NCBI RefSeq assembly: GCF_006345805.1
Contig: NC_042999.1
Coordinates: 52,638,001-52,702,000 of the forward strand
DNA: 64,000 bases
Source: Octopus sinensis
Taxonomy: Eukaryota
Direction of reading: 5' to 3'
The translations under genes and the position numbers were made by a program. This document shows positions 63,330-64,000 of this stretch, piece after piece. The notes below the pieces were generated by a model. That model saw only the letters and a program-made list of their open reading frames with translations. It had not been told where the DNA came from and did not search any database. Positions within the stretch are counted from its first letter, which is position 1; each line of letters opens with the position of its first letter.

Positions 63330-64000
63330 AATCTTTTTATCCCAGCTTTTGTTGGAGTTCCTGGAGTTATGCAGCCGTAGCCTACGGTACCATGCTACTC
63401 GTTCTTTTCAGTTATCTAATACTTTCCTGATTATTTTGGTTGTGCCAAGGAGGCAAACATTTTGTAACAGTTCTACTGGGCACTCTCTTCTACTTTCCTT
63501 TACATTTCTTTTGATGCCTTCTGATACTGTCCCCCAGAACCCAAAAATAATTAGCACTTCACCTTCCTCATTTTACATAGCCGGGCATTTTGGTACTTAA
63601 GAGGATTGTATATATCTATTTCTTCGCCTTCCTTTACTATTCGTGGGTCAAAGGGGCAACTATATAGCACACGCATCTATTAAGCTCTAGCACCTGATCT
63701 TTTAGGATTGGGAAGTCCCAGAGGATGTTGCTTGTCTCCGACTCTGCAACTCTCTGTTGTTTCTGCTCATACCACATCTTGCCTCTCTCTAACCCTCACT
63801 TTTTGCAGTTTCCAATGTAGCACTATCGCTACCTGATAATGTCGCCACAACATGTAGTGGTTTTGGACAAGTCTAGGGTATCTGTTCCCGATATAGGCAG
63901 TGGTTTCGTCCATTTTGTTACAGATGCAGATCAATGGAGACACTTGCTTATTCCAAAGGCTGAACCTCCAAATCATGTTTGGTCTTGTGTTGCCAGTATA
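63330..64000 (-). mobile_element. R4/Dong LINE 3' fragment, decayed, continuing past the window edge
   Basis: CICNKMDET...YMLWRHYQVAIVLHWKL, NILWDFPI and LQNVCLLGTTKIIRKVLDN*. Confidence 0.8.

Overview
AT-rich, microsatellite-dense metazoan DNA, most likely an Octopus-like cephalopod. That assignment is inferred from the tRNA-derived SINE families and repeat density; the window is not prokaryotic and has no CRISPR, rRNA or true tRNA genes. One protein-coding gene is well supported. Three phase-compatible + strand exons (25934-26299, 30113-30455, 33354-34053) encode the C-terminal ~469 aa of an atypical SMYD-family lysine methyltransferase: TPR, split SET with a SMYD5-like MYND insert, post-SET, and a second C-terminal MYND finger. 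Its 5' exon(s) were not found. The rest is mostly transposon debris. This includes about seven divergent R4/Dong-type (RLE) LINE fragments, mostly in (AAT)n tracts, and a ~600-bp non-coding element sharing their target and polarity. Also present are RTE and CR1-group LINE pieces, Tc1 and mariner remnants, Penelope-like remnants (GIY-YIG; hammerhead-like motifs in a SMYD intron), a TIR MITE carrying telomere-like repeats, and many SINEs. Structural oddities: a ~930-bp direct duplication flanking the largest Dong LINE, a head-to-tail stack of AAT-targeted elements at 52.4-58.3 kb, a tandem plus fold-back duplication at 46.5-47.6 kb, and a very AT-rich block that may be an assembly artefact. Repeat boundaries are approximate (read by eye). 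Splice coordinates were counted from the sequence.
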